In this document: in pieces, positions 7,882 to 10,147 of the stretch
Position numbering within the stretch: the stretch's first letter is position 1
How the letters are laid out: every line of letters begins with the position of its first letter
NCBI RefSeq assembly: GCF_006345805.1
Contig: NW_021827613.1
Coordinates: 1-10,147 of the forward strand
Source: Octopus sinensis
Taxonomy: Eukaryota
Reading direction: 5' to 3'
Length of the DNA: 10,147 nt
Program-made: the position numbers and the translations under genes
The notes under the pieces: generated by a model
What the model was told of the DNA's origin: nothing
Databases searched by the model: none
The model's input: the letters and a program-made list of their open reading frames with translations, nothing else

Positions 7882-8061
7882 AATTATTGTATACAGTGCT
7901 CAGGAGCACCACAACTTGTCAGAAAGTGCGTATAAAGTCTGGAAAGCGAACAATGTATGAGTCAGATACATGCTTGTGTGTGTATGGAGGGGAGAAAATC
8001 AGGTGTAGTGTTGGCGAATCTCAGAAAGCATGGAAGTTTTGAAGGATGCAGTGCTCCGACA
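7882..8061 (-). mobile_element. CR1/L2-group LINE 3' end with (ATT)n tail
   Basis: Minus strand encodes CRSTASFKTSMLSEIRQHYT* (SFK motif of ORF2 ends), then a UTR, hairpin gtgctc/gagcac (7896-7909) and (att)n. Confidence 0.6.
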
Positions 8062-8134
8062 TATATGTGTATATCTATGTATGCATATATGTATACATAT
8101 ATGTATATATAGATGTATATATATATAGATGTAT

Positions 8135-8194
8135 GATTTTGATTTTGATTTTTCCAGTTTCAGCTAAGGAGCTGTGGCCATGCTGGGGCACCGC
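8135..8194 (-). mobile_element. Short retroposon 3' tail with (AAAATC)n end
   Basis: Minus strand gcggtgccccagcatggccacagctccttagctgaaac, followed by repeats seen as gatttt on the plus strand. Confidence 0.65.
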
Positions 8195-8231
8195 GTATAT
8201 ATTTATTCTTTTTTTTATTTGATTCGATCTT

Positions 8232-8270
8232 GTTTCAGCTCACGAGCTGTGGCCATGCTGGGGCACCGCC
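8232..8270 (-). mobile_element. Second short retroposon 3' tail of the same type
   Basis: Minus strand ggcggtgccccagcatggccacagctcgtgagctgaaac. Confidence 0.65.
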
Positions 8271-8327
8271 ATTTGGTGTTGCTACATAATTTTACTTCAC
8301 GAAATGCTTTTTAGGAATATATACGTC

Positions 8328-8366
<39 letters not shown>

Positions 8367-8437
8367 CTATATATATATATACGTCAATATACATCTATAT
8401 ATATATACATCTATATATATATACGTCTATATACATC

Positions 8438-8470
<33 letters not shown>

Positions 8471-8725
8471 TATATACACACACATACACGTGATTCTTTA
8501 CAAATCATTTAGCTTACCATTCCTGTTGTATTCTTGTAAAACATGGACGTGTTATGAAAGACATTTTAAATTGTTAGAATTCAAAAATTGATTTCATCGC
8601 ATTTTAAACATTATATGGAGCACTTTTACTTCAAACACAGATGTCTTTGCATCTACAGGCATCACCTCAATTAAAGCTATGATTTTGGGACACTAAATGA
8701 GATGGTGTGGCTATACTGTTCGAAT

Positions 8726-8957
8726 GGCGGCGAGCTGGCAGAAACGTTAGCACGCCGGGCGAAATGCGTAGCCGTATTTCGTCTGCCGTTACGTTCTGGG
8801 TTCAAATTCCGCCGAGGTCGACTTTGCCTTTCATCCTTTCGGGGTCGATAAATTAAGTACCAGTTACGCACTGGGGGTCGATGAAATCGACTTAATCCGT
8901 TTGTCTGTCCTGGTTTGTCCTCTCTGTGTTTAGCCCCTTGTGGGTAGTAAAGAAATA
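8726..8957 (+). mobile_element. SINE family A1, full length, with target-site duplication
   Basis: tatactgttcgaat at 8712-8725 and 8958-8971; identity extends 5 nt (ggcgg) into the SINE head. Confidence 0.95.
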
Positions 8958-9187
8958 TATACTGTTCGAATGGCGGAGGAACGCACGCCCAAAGAGTTGT
9001 TTTATGTTGAGCTTGCAGAGGGGAAACGCTATCCGCGAAAACCTAAAAAATGTTTTTAGGGCGGCATAAAGACTATGAAGTCACTTGGAATGGATCCGGA
9101 GGATATAGAAACCCTTGCTTCGGATCAAGCTGGATGGCGAACAAAAGTGTGGAGTGGAGTGAAAGCGTTTGAAGAGGCCAGGATAAA

Positions 9188-9497
9188 TCTCTCTATATAT
9201 AAACGGCAGATTGTCTGTCTGTGTGTCTGTGTGTCTGTCAGGTTGTACCCTCACCCTGACCACGGCTTTCAACCGATTCTGATGAAACTTGACACACACA
9301 TAGCCCAATGTCATAATTCAAAACTAACGCAGCGAAAATTTTGAAAAGTTCCCCCAGTTCTGAGAAAAATCAATAAATTCGACATGGGGTCGAGAATCTA
9401 AGCTTTTTATATGCAACACATTTTCTGTTGTAGTTTTCGCAGTCGTTGCCTACTAGGGGCTCTTACATACCCGGGCAACGCCGGGCTATGCTGCTAG
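9188..9497 (+). mobile_element. Non-autonomous Helitron (310 bp)
   Basis: A|TCTCTCTATATATAA start, (gtct/gtgt) microsatellite, caaccgattctgatgaaactt motif, hairpin cccgg-gcaacg-ccggg (9470-9485), CTAG|T end, no TSD; it splits the RTE ORF. Confidence 0.88.
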
Positions 9498-10041
9498 TCG
9501 CATATAAGACTCAAAAGAGATCTGAGGAAGAATGTTCCGATCGAGAAGGTGAATGACAATGACCTTTTGTGAGCACAGTTTGTGACAGACCATGCTTGTC
9601 TTTTGCTGGGCTCAAATATCACTTGCGAACCCATGGAAAACGAGCCTCCACCAACTATTCTGCCTATATGTCTGTACACACCTTTCAATGCAATGTATGG
9701 CAGGTCTGCAAGTCTAAAGGAGGCCTCAAAAGACATTTTAAGATCCACAAAGATTAGAACTTATCTACAGCTTTTGGTGGTCCAAATTGGATATGCATTC
9801 TATGTGCGTGTCTTTTCAAAACATTTAAAAAGTCACATCAGATACCATGATGGTTCTAAGGTGTAGGTACAGGAGGTGGTCAGACTCTAAATAAGGAGTA
9901 GACAACCACCGTGTATGTATATATATATACATATGCGTGTGTGTGTGTGTGTATTTATATATATGCAGACATATATATGCATATATGTGTACTAGCGTAG
10001 CTACGGTGTGTGCCGCCCGGAGCGGCCCTTCTGTTTGCCGT

Positions 10042-10140
10042 TCCACTACATGGTACCTTGGGCAAGCGTCTTCTACTATAGCCCCGGGTTGACCAAGGCT
10101 TTGTGGGTGGGTTTGATAGACAGAAACTGAAGGCTGTCGT
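10042..10140 (+). mobile_element. SINE family B 5' half fragment
   Basis: ccttgggcaagcgtcttctactatagccccgggttgaccaaggctttgtg...gaaactgaaggctgtcgt. Confidence 0.85.
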
Positions 10141-10147
10141 GTGTGTG

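Larger units (their letters stand above)
8490..9910 (+). pseudogene. Decayed 5'-truncated RTE (BovB-like) LINE: ORF C-terminus, C2H2-like fingers and 3' hairpin; interrupted by a SINE and a Helitron
   Basis: With the SINE and one TSD removed: [23 protein letters not shown]...RILNIIW...MRWCGYTVRMAEERTPKELFYVELAEGKR...IETLASDQAGWRTKVWSGVKAFEEARI in one frame with 3 stops; then CDRPCLSFAGLKYHLRTH; terminal hairpin ggtggt/accacc at 9875-9910. Confidence 0.9.

Noticed and set aside
9258-9295. ctgatga-aac in the Helitron as a hammerhead core
   Set aside because: No stem II between ctgatga and a separate GAAA; it is part of the Helitron internal motif.
9569-9757. Host C2H2 zinc-finger gene
   Set aside because: Missing Cys ligands, frameshifts, no TGEKP linkers; contiguous with the RTE ORF remnant.
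9991-10026. Helitron 3' end on the minus strand (actag plus gccgc/gcggc hairpin)
   Set aside because: Short 5-bp stem, 16-nt spacing from CTAG and no identifiable 5' end; too weak to call.

Overview
Non-coding, repeat-saturated animal DNA with no intact protein-coding gene. The repeat repertoire and dense (TA)n/(AAT)n/(CA)n microsatellites suggest an octopus/cephalopod genome (inference from recognition, not from a search). It holds: three tRNA-headed SINE families (here A with two alternative tails, B, and CORE-type D); two copies of an (AAT)n-targeting retroelement 3' region (C); three CR1/L2-group LINE ORF2 remnants; a decayed RTE-clade LINE ending in three C2H2-like zinc fingers, interrupted by a SINE (with TSD) and a non-autonomous Helitron; and a possible mini-Helitron. 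Most ORF-track entries are microsatellite artefacts. Most interesting: a minimal type-I hammerhead-ribozyme-like motif heading a ~225-nt hairpin-rich cassette (1104-1327), a second hammerhead-like motif on the minus strand (7112-7150) with the same U4C core variant, a 106-nt near-perfect palindrome (1429-1534), and a covarying 3' stem-loop shared by several SINE/LINE tails.
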